Source: an uncultured delta proteobacterium (lineage in GTDB: Bacteria > Desulfobacterota > Binatia > UBA9968). From it: 64,000 nucleotides of DNA. The translations under genes were made by a program, and so were the position numbers. Below the pieces are notes generated by a model, which saw nothing but the letters and a program-made list of their open reading frames with translations, was not told the origin of the DNA and made no database searches. Positions within the stretch are counted from its first letter, which is position 1. Each line of letters starts with the position of its first letter. Shown one piece after another: positions 11,347 to 21,209 of the stretch. Location of the stretch: positions 64,001-128,000 of the forward strand of contig CAVTUQ010000001.1 of NCBI GenBank assembly GCA_963737905.1. The letters are read 5' to 3'.

Positions 11347-11422
11347 AAGTTAATTAGTTAGCCTATCACTTAGGCGCGCTTTTCTAATCCCCTAGCAATA
11401 GCAAGCCAACTATTCAACTACT

Positions 11423-11518
11423 AAAGCAGCTACGGCAAAGCCTGAAGATTTCATCGATCCGCGTTTGGTGAAGAAGCTTGAAGAGAGCGGATTTTTCAAA
11501 AAACTCGCGGGCCGATAG
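11423..11518 (+). pseudogene. C-terminal remnant of NitT/TauT-type substrate-binding protein
   Basis: Hand translation KAATAKPEDFIDPRLVKKLEESGFFKKLAGR*; no upstream gene body. Confidence 0.6.
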
Positions 11519-11885
11519 TAGCGAGTTGATCATCTCGCATCCGTTTTGACGCGATATCAGTCAGTGCTTTGGCGTGGCTTTTTGAAGTTGGAGAGTCGGT
11601 CATGCGGAATGGTGACAGTCCTACGAAAGGGATTCTCAGACTTTTGGCGGGGCAACAAAGATAGTCAATTCGTAGATTCGTTTGCTCACAGGTATATCTG
11701 CTTCGTTCTCGTGAACAATTTCTTGGAAACATCATGGAAACATGGTACAGAAACGCGTTGATTTTCCAAAGTGTTTTCGCAACAAAATAACTCCAAATCC
11801 GTAGGTCGTGAGATTCGTTTCTGGGCGCGAGCTAGTACAGGGATGTTTCTCCACGGCTTGATAAGACGCACAGATAGTGCCAACA

Positions 11886-12473
11886 ATGCGTAATGTACAA
11901 TCAATAGCAACCCTGATCAAGGAAGCGGGTCTCGCCACGATCCCTAACCTGCTGTCCTTCGCCCGGATCGTCGGGGTAACCTTAGCGGTCATTCTCTACT
12001 TGGGAGGGCACGGTTGGGTGGCAGTGGCGATCGGCACCGTCGCCGGCCTGACCGACCACCTCGATGGCTACCTAGCGCGTCGGCTTAAGCAAGAGACGGC
12101 CCTCGGAGCCATGCTGGACCAGGTCGCTGACAGTTTCACAACGGCGATCCTGCTCGCCATGCTCGTCGTCACGGGCGGTATCCCGTTCGCCTATCTGGTG
12201 ATCTTCCTGTTAAGGGAGTTCTGGGTTGGCACCGTGAGGCGGTACGGCGCAGCGGTGGGCATCGAAATCCCGTCGATCGCGCTGGGCAAGATAGCGACCG
12301 CGGTGATTTACTGGGCCATTCTGACGGTGGCGATCATTATCCTGCCCGATATGCCCGCGCGGGTCGTGGCACCGGTGCACTGGATAGGACTTGTGGGCCT
12401 GGGCGTGGGTCTGGCCATCAGTTGCCTGACGGGCTTGCGCTATACAATAACTTTGGGGGGGAAGATGGTGTGA
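11886..12473 (+). CDS. CDP-alcohol phosphatidyltransferase (PgsA-like)
   Basis: TIPNLLS and D-x2-DG-x2-AR-x7-G-x3-D-x3-D motif (TDHLDGYLARR...LGAMLDQVAD). Confidence 0.92.
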   Translation: MRNVQSIATLIKEAGLATIPNLLSFARIVGVTLAVILYLGGHGWVAVAIGTVAGLTDHLDGYLARRLKQETALGAMLDQVADSFTTAILLAMLVVTGGIPFAYLVIFLLREFWVGTVRRYGAAVGIEIPSIALGKIATAVIYWAILTVAIIILPDMPARVVAPVHWIGLVGLGVGLAISCLTGLRYTITLGGKMV

Positions 12474-13636
12474 AACCGATATCCACAAATACTACACGGC
12501 GCGGCGCCGAAATTTTGCTCTGCCCAGGTCCTGTCATGCTATCCCCTGGCGTCAAGGCAGCACTTGCCGACTGCGAGATAGGACACCGCGATACGCGCTT
12601 CTCGCAGCTGGTTACGCGGGTGCGGTGCAATAGCCGCCACGTCTTCCGCTCTGGAGATGAGCACAGCATCCTTTTCATCGGCGGACCCGCGACGGCTGCA
12701 ATTGAAGCGGTGTGTGCCTCGCTCGTGCCACCGGATGCCAGGGTGCTTGTCCCCGTCAACGGGTCATTCGGAGCCCGTATCGCGGAGATCCTGAATGTTT
12801 ACCAGATCCCCCACACAGCGATCGATTTCGGGTTCGGTAAGCCTTTCGATCTGGATCGCATCAAGGCGGTCATTGCGGAAGAGCGCCGGTGCGGGTTCAC
12901 TGCCGTGGCGATGACCCACCATGAGACGTCAGCGGGCCTGCTCAACCCGGTGGCGGCCGTCGGTGCCCTGGCGCGGCAGCACGGCCTGAAACTGATCGTC
13001 GACGCCACGTCGAGCGCAGGCGTCGAGGACCTGGATGTAACGCGCGATGGGATCGACGCGTGCATCACGACCTCCGGAAAATGCCTGCATGCGGCGCCGG
13101 GGCTCAGCCTTGTCTGCGTGCGACGCGACCTGCTTGAAATGTCCAGGCTAATACGCCCGCGCAGTTATTCGGTGGACCTGCATCGTTTCCATGACCAGAT
13201 GGAATTCAACCGCCAGACGCCCTTCACAGCCTCTGTACCCTTGTTCCTTGCGCTCGACCGCGCGCTTGAAGAACTTCTCGATCGGGGCATCGATGAACGA
13301 CGACGCGTCTACTGGCGACGCCGCGAAATACTGGCGGCGGGAATGGTACGGCTGGGGTTACCTCTGTTGCCGTTGCCAACGGGGAGTGAAGCCGCCTCGA
13401 TTCTGACGGTCGGCGTTCCGGAAACACTCGGCTTCGACGCGCTTTACGCGGCCGTCAAAAATCGTGGCTACCTCATCTATGCCTGCAAGCCGCCGCTGGC
13501 GCCGAACTACTTCCAAATCGCGGTCATGGGAGAATTGGCGGACGATGAGCTTCATGAATTTCTCGAGATTTTGCAGTCGTTGATGACCACCGTGCCGGCG
13601 CGTTACCTCCCCTATGCTAGGTTAGCCCGCGGGTGA
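12470..13636 (+). CDS. Class V PLP-dependent aminotransferase (PhnW/AGT-like)
   Basis: LCPGP, THHETSAG, IVDATSS and SGKCL (PLP lysine); GTG start overlaps the upstream TGA. Confidence 0.9.
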   Translation: MKPISTNTTRRGAEILLCPGPVMLSPGVKAALADCEIGHRDTRFSQLVTRVRCNSRHVFRSGDEHSILFIGGPATAAIEAVCASLVPPDARVLVPVNGSFGARIAEILNVYQIPHTAIDFGFGKPFDLDRIKAVIAEERRCGFTAVAMTHHETSAGLLNPVAAVGALARQHGLKLIVDATSSAGVEDLDVTRDGIDACITTSGKCLHAAPGLSLVCVRRDLLEMSRLIRPRSYSVDLHRFHDQMEFNRQTPFTASVPLFLALDRALEELLDRGIDERRRVYWRRREILAAGMVRLGLPLLPLPTGSEAASILTVGVPETLGFDALYAAVKNRGYLIYACKPPLAPNYFQIAVMGELADDELHEFLEILQSLMTTVPARYLPYARLARG

Positions 13637-13642
13637 TCAAAA

Positions 13643-14140
13643 TTGACAGGAAAAGAAGTGTCACCGGCCGTCAACGCGGGGGTATTCTGCAGCTGGCGCC
13701 ATTTTCTCGCGTTCGGTCTCGGTAGCGGACTGGCCAGGTTTGCGCCGGGCACGTTCGGCACCCTCGTTGCAATCGCCTTCTATCTTCCCCTGAGCCAGCA
13801 GCCGCACTGGCTCTATGCAATCTGCGTGTTTTGCGCCTTTGCCTTTGGTGTCTGGCTTTGTCAAAGCGTCACGCATGACCTCGGTGTGCACGACCATGGC
13901 GGCATCGTGTGGGACGAGTTCGTCGGTTACTGGATCACGATGTTCCTCGTGCCCGTTAGCTGGGGCACGGTCCTGGCCGGCTTTGCGCTGTTTCGCCTGC
14001 TCGACATCTGGAAACCATGGCCGATTTGCTGGATCGACAAGCACGTGCAAGGCGGCCTCGGCATCATGCTGGATGATGTGATTGCCGGCGCGGCTGCCTG
14101 TATTATCCTGCACTCCCTTCGCGCGGGCGCCGGGTTTTGA
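13643..14140 (+). CDS. pgpA: Phosphatidylglycerophosphatase A
   Basis: APGTFGT, HDHGGIVWDEFVG, FRLLDIWKPWPI and GIMLDD motifs. Confidence 0.93.
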   Translation: MTGKEVSPAVNAGVFCSWRHFLAFGLGSGLARFAPGTFGTLVAIAFYLPLSQQPHWLYAICVFCAFAFGVWLCQSVTHDLGVHDHGGIVWDEFVGYWITMFLVPVSWGTVLAGFALFRLLDIWKPWPICWIDKHVQGGLGIMLDDVIAGAAACIILHSLRAGAGF

Positions 14141-14744
14141 ACCATCGGCCGTTGTCGTTCTCGAAATCAAGCCACCGTGCAGCTACTGTTGAACCCGGAT
14201 TCCGCAGTTGCCGGAAGCGAGGTGGAATCCTGGAGCAGCGAAGGCGTCCGACTGTGAAGTTTCAAAGTCATTTTGCGCTTTCGCACGTCGTTGCTATGAG
14301 GCTCGACATCCCCTCGAAGCACCGCTGATAGATGTCTGCTCAGAGGCAGAAACCCATCGACTTCGCTGCGGAAGGGTTGCGCCTCGCGCTTCTTGTCGAT
14401 CGCAACTGCGGAATCCGGGTTGAACGGTGTGAGAGATACGTACGTGACAGAGCCGAGTTTCCGTGTCTCGTATAGTGAACACATTGGTATCAGAACGCTA
14501 TTCAAGTCTACTATCAGCGATGGTATCGACAAGGGGTTGTAACGATCGATGTTAGTCTGCGACTCTGGCCGTTTTTCTATTGGAAGCTGGCCAGATGCAT
14601 TAATCCATGATAGACCATCCGAACACCATGCAGAAAAAATATGCGAATTTCAGGGACAAGATAAAAGCACCTGAAGACTTTATTGAACTGTGTGCGAGCC
14701 GAAGCCTGGTGTACCGTACCAGTGTTGCTGGTGAGTCTCATTAG

Positions 14745-15653
14745 ATGAGGCGTGTTTTCAACATAAGCATCTACGGCACTGGAGGGCTACTTCTGCTTAT
14801 CTTGCTGTTACCTTCTTGTGCAACGACGCAGCTTCATTCAACACCACCCGTGCACTACTATCAGAATTCAAGCATTCCGTATCATGCTGACCAGCATTCC
14901 AATGAACACGGTCTCAGGGTCATGACGCTGAACTTAGCCCACGGGCGAGGGACCAGTTTTCATCAATTGCTGCTGCATTCAGCCGAGATTGTGAAAAACC
15001 TAGATAATATAGACAAACTACTGAACCAGGCAGCACCGGATATCGCTGCTTTTCAGGAGATCGATGGGCCTTCGTTCTGGAGTGGCAATTTCAACCACGT
15101 TGAATATCTTGCAAGTCACAGCATGTTTGCCCGTTCGATTCAGGCGTCACACGTTGATGCGATAGGACTTTCCTATGGTACAGCACTGATGTCACGACAG
15201 GAGATGTCGAATCCGCAGGCGGTTACATTTAACCCCTTACTTACACTGGTACCCACGGGTTTTGTGGTATCGACCATTAGTTGGCCGGGAAGGGACAGTG
15301 TCGACATTGATGTAGTTTCTGTTCATCTGGATTTCATGAGTGGTTGGGTCAGGAAAAAACAGGCAGACGAACTGATTGCAGTTTTACGTGCCAGAAACAA
15401 TCACCTAATTATCATCATGGGCGACATGAACTCAGGATGGCAGGACTCGGCACCACAGTACCTGGTTGAGAAACTTGGGCTGAAGGCGTACCAGCCGGAA
15501 AACAGCAGCCTGATCACTTTTCCCCTGCTTGGCAAACGCCTGGACTGGGTCCTGATATCACCCGGTCTTGAGTTTTCTTCCTATGAAGTTGTCGGAACCG
15601 ATATTTCCGATCATCGTGGTATACTTGCCGAGCTTACACTTTCTAGCGGGTAA
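14745..15653 (+). CDS. Endonuclease/exonuclease/phosphatase family lipoprotein
   Basis: MTLN, FQE, VHL, MGDMN, RLDW and SDH motifs; lipobox-like LPSC. Confidence 0.88.
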   Translation: MRRVFNISIYGTGGLLLLILLLPSCATTQLHSTPPVHYYQNSSIPYHADQHSNEHGLRVMTLNLAHGRGTSFHQLLLHSAEIVKNLDNIDKLLNQAAPDIAAFQEIDGPSFWSGNFNHVEYLASHSMFARSIQASHVDAIGLSYGTALMSRQEMSNPQAVTFNPLLTLVPTGFVVSTISWPGRDSVDIDVVSVHLDFMSGWVRKKQADELIAVLRARNNHLIIIMGDMNSGWQDSAPQYLVEKLGLKAYQPENSSLITFPLLGKRLDWVLISPGLEFSSYEVVGTDISDHRGILAELTLSSG

Positions 15654-15734
15654 ATAATGGTGGTGGAGTCGCCAGTGTATGGCGACATTTCGCTCTAATC
15701 GCCTCACTTGTGTGCTCCTATGATGCAAAAAGCG

Positions 15735-15880
15735 GATTGACCGTCCTGTCGTGCAGGCAATCCAGTTCGGCCACCGCCCTGTTGGGCATGTCGCGGCACA
15801 GTTTGTCCACCTGCAGGACAAGGCACTGTGTCTAGAGCGGTTTTTTTGCCAGCCCGATACCACGCGACAGGGTCAGCTCA
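15735..15880 (-). pseudogene. Degraded ISL3-like transposase fragment
   Basis: Hand translation LAKKPL*TQCLVLQVDKLCRDMPNRAVAELDCLHDRTV resembles the ISL3 HTH region; internal stop. Confidence 0.45.
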
Positions 15881-15897
15881 CATAAAGAATCCAAATT

Positions 15898-16620
15898 TCA
15901 ATGTTCAGAATAAAAAACAATCTTTTTAATAAAGGCGTCGGCGCCACCTTTTGTGTCGTCGGTGTTCATTTCAAACGCAAAGCCTGTGATGGGCGGCGTC
16001 TTTTCCTGTTTGAAAACGTCTTTAAATCGATTGTTGACTTCAAATCTGGTGACAATCGTTTGCCCCATAGGCGCGCCATTGGATACACAAAAGTAGCGCC
16101 CCCCTTCCTGGTATAACGTACCGAGGTACATTCTATTTACCTGTTCTTTCTCGCCGATGAACGCACTAAGGAAGTACGGAGCGTCCTTGATGCCCAAAGG
16201 CAAGCCGCTACTCAACTTCTTGTCGCCAAAACTGAAAATGACGCCAATCGGCACCCGTTTTTTTCCTTGTGCCCAGTCTGCACCGATGGGAAAGCGGTTT
16301 ACACCCCATTCAATAGCAATATGATTTACGTCGCCAACGTAATTTGGCTTGCCAAACTTTAATCCGAACATGGCTGTCAAATCTTCGTTCGTGCTGATGC
16401 GCAGCCCCTCATTCTCAAACTTCAAATGCAATCTCTTTGCATCGAGAAACTCATCGAATCCCTGCTTCTTAAGCCATGTGGATGCATCGATATTCTCTTT
16501 CTGGCCGAAATCCATGGTGTATAGAGCCTTGGGTTCGGCACCCGCGGATAGTATCTCACCCATGATTAGGGCGATTCCAAATATCGTAGCACATAGGCAC
16601 TTCTTGGAATTTGTGTTCAC
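15898..16620 (-). CDS. Secreted hypothetical protein, DUF3047-like
   Basis: Signal peptide; EWGV..FP.GAD and C-terminal MNTDDT..ADAFI..I.F pattern. Confidence 0.7.
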   Translation of the reverse strand: MNTNSKKCLCATIFGIALIMGEILSAGAEPKALYTMDFGQKENIDASTWLKKQGFDEFLDAKRLHLKFENEGLRISTNEDLTAMFGLKFGKPNYVGDVNHIAIEWGVNRFPIGADWAQGKKRVPIGVIFSFGDKKLSSGLPLGIKDAPYFLSAFIGEKEQVNRMYLGTLYQEGGRYFCVSNGAPMGQTIVTRFEVNNRFKDVFKQEKTPPITGFAFEMNTDDTKGGADAFIKKIVFYSEH

Positions 16621-16698
16621 GCCATCTGTCCCTTATCGGTTATTGGTCATGACAAGCACTGAAAAGCATATATCCCTTTGAGAACAAGTCAAATGGGG

Positions 16699-17460
16699 TC
16701 ACCTTGCCGTTCTTGCCGGGGAGCGGCGGAGCCATTCGTCGAGACCGATGCGGCCTAGGCGCGCTTCCCCCAAAGGCACGAGCGAGCGCTCCTCGACCCG
16801 GCTGCCGTAGTATCGGGCCTCGGGGTCACTCACGACCTCACGCGGGTCGCCGACCGCCTTCAGATAGCGGGCGACGATTTCGTTGAACGGTGCTCGTTCC
16901 GGGCCGGCGACCTCGACGATGCCGTTGCGCGGCGCCGCGAGCGCCACCTCGGCAACGGTGGCAGCAACGTCGTCCGCTGCGATAGGCTGGAACAGGCCCG
17001 CCGAAAGCTTGACTATGTTTCCACTCGTACCTGAAGTGGCTATGCCGGCGAGGAATTCCATGAACTGCGTCGAGCGGACGATGGTATAGGGGATGCCGGA
17101 CTTCTCGATCAGTTTCTCTTGGGCGACCTTGGCGCGGAAATACCCATTGTCGGGCGACCGGTCGGTTCCGACGATGGAAAGCGCGACATGGTGCCGAACG
17201 TCGGCTGTAGCCTCCGCCGCGAGAAGGTTGCGGCCGGAGGTCTCGAAGAATTCCAACACCGCCTTGTCCTCCCACGAAGGCGCGTTCGCCAGGTCGACGA
17301 CAACCTGAGCGCCGGCAAGCGCTTTCGCCAGCCCCTCACCCGTGATGGTGTTGACGCCGGTATTGGGCGAGGCGGCGAGGGCCTCATGGCCGCCCTGGCG
17401 CAGAATGGGGATGGTCTTCGAGCCGATTAGGCCGGTGCCGCCGATGACGACGATTTTCAT
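16699..17460 (-). CDS. NmrA-like/SDR NAD(P)-binding oxidoreductase
   Basis: MKIVVIGGTGLIG Rossmann motif; YFRAK. Confidence 0.92.
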   Translation of the reverse strand: MKIVVIGGTGLIGSKTIPILRQGGHEALAASPNTGVNTITGEGLAKALAGAQVVVDLANAPSWEDKAVLEFFETSGRNLLAAEATADVRHHVALSIVGTDRSPDNGYFRAKVAQEKLIEKSGIPYTIVRSTQFMEFLAGIATSGTSGNIVKLSAGLFQPIAADDVAATVAEVALAAPRNGIVEVAGPERAPFNEIVARYLKAVGDPREVVSDPEARYYGSRVEERSLVPLGEARLGRIGLDEWLRRSPARTAR

Positions 17461-17653
17461 ATGTGATCTCCTTTCTGTAGTCGCCCGCAATTCGGGCGAG
17501 TGTTCAAGTGCACTTCAGATTCGTATTACGTTTAGCGCGTATCCGTGTAAGAACGTTGCCAATGTTTATGAACCATGAACAGCTCGTTTCTCCTCTGTCT
17601 TTCCAGTGCTCCGTCGACGATAATTCGGAGCAAGCGGCAAAATGCTGCCCCAG

Positions 17654-18085
17654 TCACTTCACTGGCACGAGCGCCGGAGCGCCCTTGTCCTTGATCATGA
17701 ACACAACGAATTTTGCTGGCTGGGTTTTGCTTGCGTTCCGGTCAACGGTATGAACATCGTCGGGGCCTTCATAGAAGGTCTGTCCTGGCGTCAGCGTAAC
17801 TTCTTTTCCACCCTTCACTTGCATCACAACGGAGCCCTCCAGTACGTAAAGCATCGCATGTGCATTGTGTCGGTGGGCAGGGTTCGACCCGCCGGGCACA
17901 TGCTCCACCGCGATCATCAGAAGTTCCTTGCCAGGGAAGTCCTTCAGATCTTTCGACATGAGAGACGTTACCTTGGCCTCCTGAGCCATCAAGGTGCCGG
18001 CAATGAGAGATAGACCAACACTCAGGAAGAGGGTTAATACGAGGTACTCAACTCTCGTGAACCAACAATCGGTTGCGTGCTTCAT
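17654..18085 (-). CDS. Cupin domain protein, secreted
   Basis: HRH..YVLEG..PGQTFYEGPDDVH; signal peptide. Confidence 0.9.
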   Translation of the reverse strand: MKHATDCWFTRVEYLVLTLFLSVGLSLIAGTLMAQEAKVTSLMSKDLKDFPGKELLMIAVEHVPGGSNPAHRHNAHAMLYVLEGSVVMQVKGGKEVTLTPGQTFYEGPDDVHTVDRNASKTQPAKFVVFMIKDKGAPALVPVK

Positions 18086-18388
18086 TATGGCGTCTCCTTC
18101 TCGGTATTGTTAAATATGTTGTGCCCGGTGCCACTCCTTTGACCAAACTTTCGCGCCGGTCCTCCTATGGTCTTAACACGCTAATGATTTGCGTCAAGTA
18201 AATTCATTGTTAAGAAAACTTAGAATTTTTGATGTTTCTATGCAGAATTTTTCTGACTTTATTTTTTTCTTAAATCGGTTTGGCTTTTCATGCACCTATT
18301 TCATGGCTGGTGCCATCGGCTTGACCTAGAATTGCGGAGTTGAAGGTTATTCGACTCTATTCCTCGCTAGCTTGTCTGGAACAACCTC

Positions 18389-18660
18389 ATGGACGATATT
18401 TCTCTGCAGCAGTTCACCGCGATGGACCAGGCGACCAATGTGGCGAGCTACGTTCACGCGCTTGAAGCCTTCGACGGTATCGAACAGTTGCAGGAGCTAA
18501 AAGTGATCGCCCGCCTGCGCGGTGGGATTGCACGCGGATGCAGCATTCTTGATGTCGGCTGCGGTTTCGGGCTGGAGACCCTGCGGCTTGCCAGTCTAAT
18601 GGCAACGAGCGGCAAGGTGGCCGGCATTGAAAACAGCGTCGACTTTATTGCAGAGACGCA
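18389..18660 (+). pseudogene. SAM-dependent methyltransferase, 3'-truncated at an att-like site
   Basis: ILDVGCGFG motif I; recognisable sequence ends at DFIAE, where ACACGAGGA-TTGCAGA-TCCT begins. Confidence 0.75.
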
Positions 18661-18712
18661 CACGAGGATTGCAGATCCTTTGCGGGCGGTATCTGCATTA
18701 AGCGAAAGAGAC

Positions 18713-18795
18713 GATACGAGAATTGCTAATCCTCGTGTCACGTCTAACCCGAAGAGGACACAACAGAATTTTTCTACTTTGCCACTACTTTGTCA
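18713..18795. mobile_element. att-like site: palindromic core GATACGAGAA-TTGCTAA-TCCTCGTGTC plus ACTTTGCCA-N2-ACTTTGTCA repeats
   Basis: Core arms match the tRNA-Phe anticodon stem/variable region; homologous to 30680-30762. Confidence 0.65.
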
Positions 18796-18845
18796 TAGGC
18801 AAACAGCTATGGGAAAATGAATCTTGCCACTTGGGAAGAAACGAA

Positions 18846-19385
18846 ATAGCAGGATTGAAAGGCAAAAGCGGACCTCCAGGCAATATGAACGCCTTCAAGC
18901 ATGGGCTGGCGGCGATTCAGAAACGGCGGGAGGAGGGCATTCCCACCGAGCACGAGGAAAGCGTCAGGCAGCAAATTTTCGATGAACTGATAGCCGACAA
19001 GGGCGGGGATGAGCAGATATCGACCGCTACCAGGAATCTTGCCGAGGTTATCGCCAGTGACGCCTCCTGACTTATGGTCTTTAACGGTCCCATCGACCAG
19101 ATCATCCAGAGCAACCAAAAGGTCCGGCAAAACCCGCGTGGTCTTCATCAATTGGACGGCTACAAGCGCGGCCTGGTTAACAGCCTTACCGGCAACCTCC
19201 AGAAATTTGGCCTGGATAGAATTCCTCAGGTCAAGACTCTAGAGGACCTGCTTCAGGACGATGAAACCATCGAGAATCCCACCCAGGATTGTCCAGAAGC
19301 AATGAACGCAACGCAAGATAAAATCCCGACGGCTCCCCACCTGATGCGACAGACTGGATCGACGCCGAGCACCGCGTTCTCATAG
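18846..19385 (+). pseudogene. Small-terminase-like gene copy T2, inactivated
   Basis: Homologous to 152..595 over the full length; ATA in place of ATG and in-frame TGA at 19068-19070. Confidence 0.8.
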
Positions 19386-19433
19386 TATCTCACGTTTGAC
19401 AGTGACTTAACATTTTGTTAAGTTCAACGACAC

Positions 19434-19735
19434 GTGGCCGACAGAGCCAAACCACTCAGTGATGGGGATATTTCCAAGGTCATCAGCCATGCCCTTGACC
19501 GGGGTGCGGTGCTGCCGAGCAATCATTTCCGTCGACGGATGCGCGAACGCAATTTCGACATGCAGGACACTGTAGCAGCGCTCGAGGAACGGAGGCGAAT
19601 CAAGGCTGTTGGAACGATATCGCTCATACATGGAACTATGACGTAAGAGGCCACGATCTCGATGGAAACGAGCTAACCATAAGGATAGTGCCCACCGACG
19701 ATGACACCGGAATCGTCTTGGTGACAGGCTTTTAG
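19434..19735 (+). pseudogene. DUF4258-family putative toxin, frameshifted near 19610
   Basis: SNHFRRRMRERN, continuing in the shifted frame as WNYDVRGHDLDGNELTIRIVPTDDDTGIVLVTGF*; directly upstream of an antitoxin. Confidence 0.75.
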
Positions 19736-19757
19736 GTGCTGGATAAGAGGAGCGATC

Positions 19758-20267
19758 ATGAAGTGCCCTAACTGCGGAAAGGAGATGAAGTTTAAGGTCC
19801 GCGACTATGAGTACGTGGAGTCCGGGCTCAAGAACGTGGTGCTGAAGGATATCACTGTTCACGAATGTAAACACTGCGGCGAGGTCTTGCCGGAAATACG
19901 AAATATCAAGCAGATTCACCAGTGGATAGCGGAATACCTGCTCAAGAAGAAAGGTGCCCTAACGGGCCCAGAGTTTCGGTTTCTGAGAAAAGCCATGGGG
20001 AAGAGCGCCAAAGAAACAGCCGAGTGTCTGGCAGTGAACCCTGTCACTATTTCGCGATGGGAAAACAACAAGGAAAAGATTGGCCCGCAGTCGGACCGGC
20101 TTCTTAGAATGGCATTTATTCTCGACCCGGCTGAGGCGCGGTCGTTCGCCGCGACAAAGTTGCTGGAGTTTGCGCGCGCGACTCTGGGCTGCACAATAGC
20201 GACTCGTAAAAGAGCGAAGCCTGAGAAGATCGTCATCACTCCGAGCGATGTTCGACAAGGAGAATAG
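19758..20267 (+). CDS. MqsA/YgiT-type zinc-finger plus HTH antitoxin
   Basis: CPNC...CKHCGE zinc ribbon; LTGPEFRFLRK..TISRWEN XRE HTH. Confidence 0.9.
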   Translation: MKCPNCGKEMKFKVRDYEYVESGLKNVVLKDITVHECKHCGEVLPEIRNIKQIHQWIAEYLLKKKGALTGPEFRFLRKAMGKSAKETAECLAVNPVTISRWENNKEKIGPQSDRLLRMAFILDPAEARSFAATKLLEFARATLGCTIATRKRAKPEKIVITPSDVRQGE

Positions 20268-20447
20268 GTCGAATGTAACGCTTTGCCGGCGACAACGCCT
20301 ATCTCAAAGCGCTGCCAACTAGGAAGACCGCACTCTAATAGCAGCGGCTTGCTTTATGAGACGTTTGTAAAAACAATCGAGAAGCGTTGGGACGGGATCC
20401 CACTTACCGCAGCGCCTGCAACCTGGTGGAATTCTAAGAGAGGGGAA

Positions 20448-20496
20448 TGTGGCCGGGGACAGAATCGAACTGCCGACACGAGGATTTTCAGTCCTC
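20448..20496 (-). pseudogene. tRNA-Phe(GAA) 3' half; att-site-like
   Basis: Reverse complement GAGGA CTGAAAA TCCTC GTGTC GGCAG TTCGATT CTGTC CCCGGCC A; no 5' half. Confidence 0.9.
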
Positions 20497-20685
20497 ATAC
20501 CGTACCGGGACTATGTGTCACTATCGGTCGCTATTGGTATCTATTCAAGCGTTTAACGGCGGTCTCAGCCGGTCGATTTTACCGATTCGAACACATAGAT
20601 GGCATATAGTTCTGGCAAAGTTGTGGCAAAGTCAGTGAACCTCGTTCGGCCCAAAGTCGTCTCAATCCAGCCATTAAATAAGTCT

Positions 20686-20731
20686 TGATGGCCGCCGAGA
20701 CTCGAATTCCGGACCCGCCGATTAAGAGTCA
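20686..20731 (-). pseudogene. tRNA-Lys(CTT) 3' half, degenerate
   Basis: Homologous to 1819-1863; CTCTTAA anticodon loop and TTCGAG T-loop. Confidence 0.78.
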
Positions 20732-21209
20732 AGTCCAGCGCGGACCAGAACAGAACATTAATAAGAATGCCCAACCATTTCGAGGCCCGCTTGGCTTTTT
20801 CTTCGGCAATGGAAGGTGTATGTTCTGCCCAGATTCAGGCACAAAACAAGCACAGCCATGAGGTGAAAGCCATGAGGCGCGAGGGAGAAATGAATAAGCG
20901 GAAGCTCGGTAGCTTTGCTCTAAGCGTGATGCTCCTTGCGCTTAGCGTATCCGCTCAGGCGCAGCAGCCAGCGAACGTTCACAAGATAGGCGTGCTGCGA
21001 GCCGATTCGCCGCCGAATCTCTCGGCAGAGACATTTCAGCAGGCAATGCGCGATCTTGGTTACGTAGAAGGCAAGAATATCGTCATCGAGTACCGCTACG
21101 CCGAAGGAAAAGTTGACCGGTTACCCAACCTTGCGGAAGAGTTAGTGCGTCTCAATGTAGACGTGATCTGGGCACTAGGCCCAGCAGTTTCGCATGCCAA
21201 GCGGAAAAT

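Noticed and set aside
20448-20496. Intact tRNA genes at the Phe/Lys-like sequences
   Set aside because: No D-arm or 5' acceptor strand in any of the four copies
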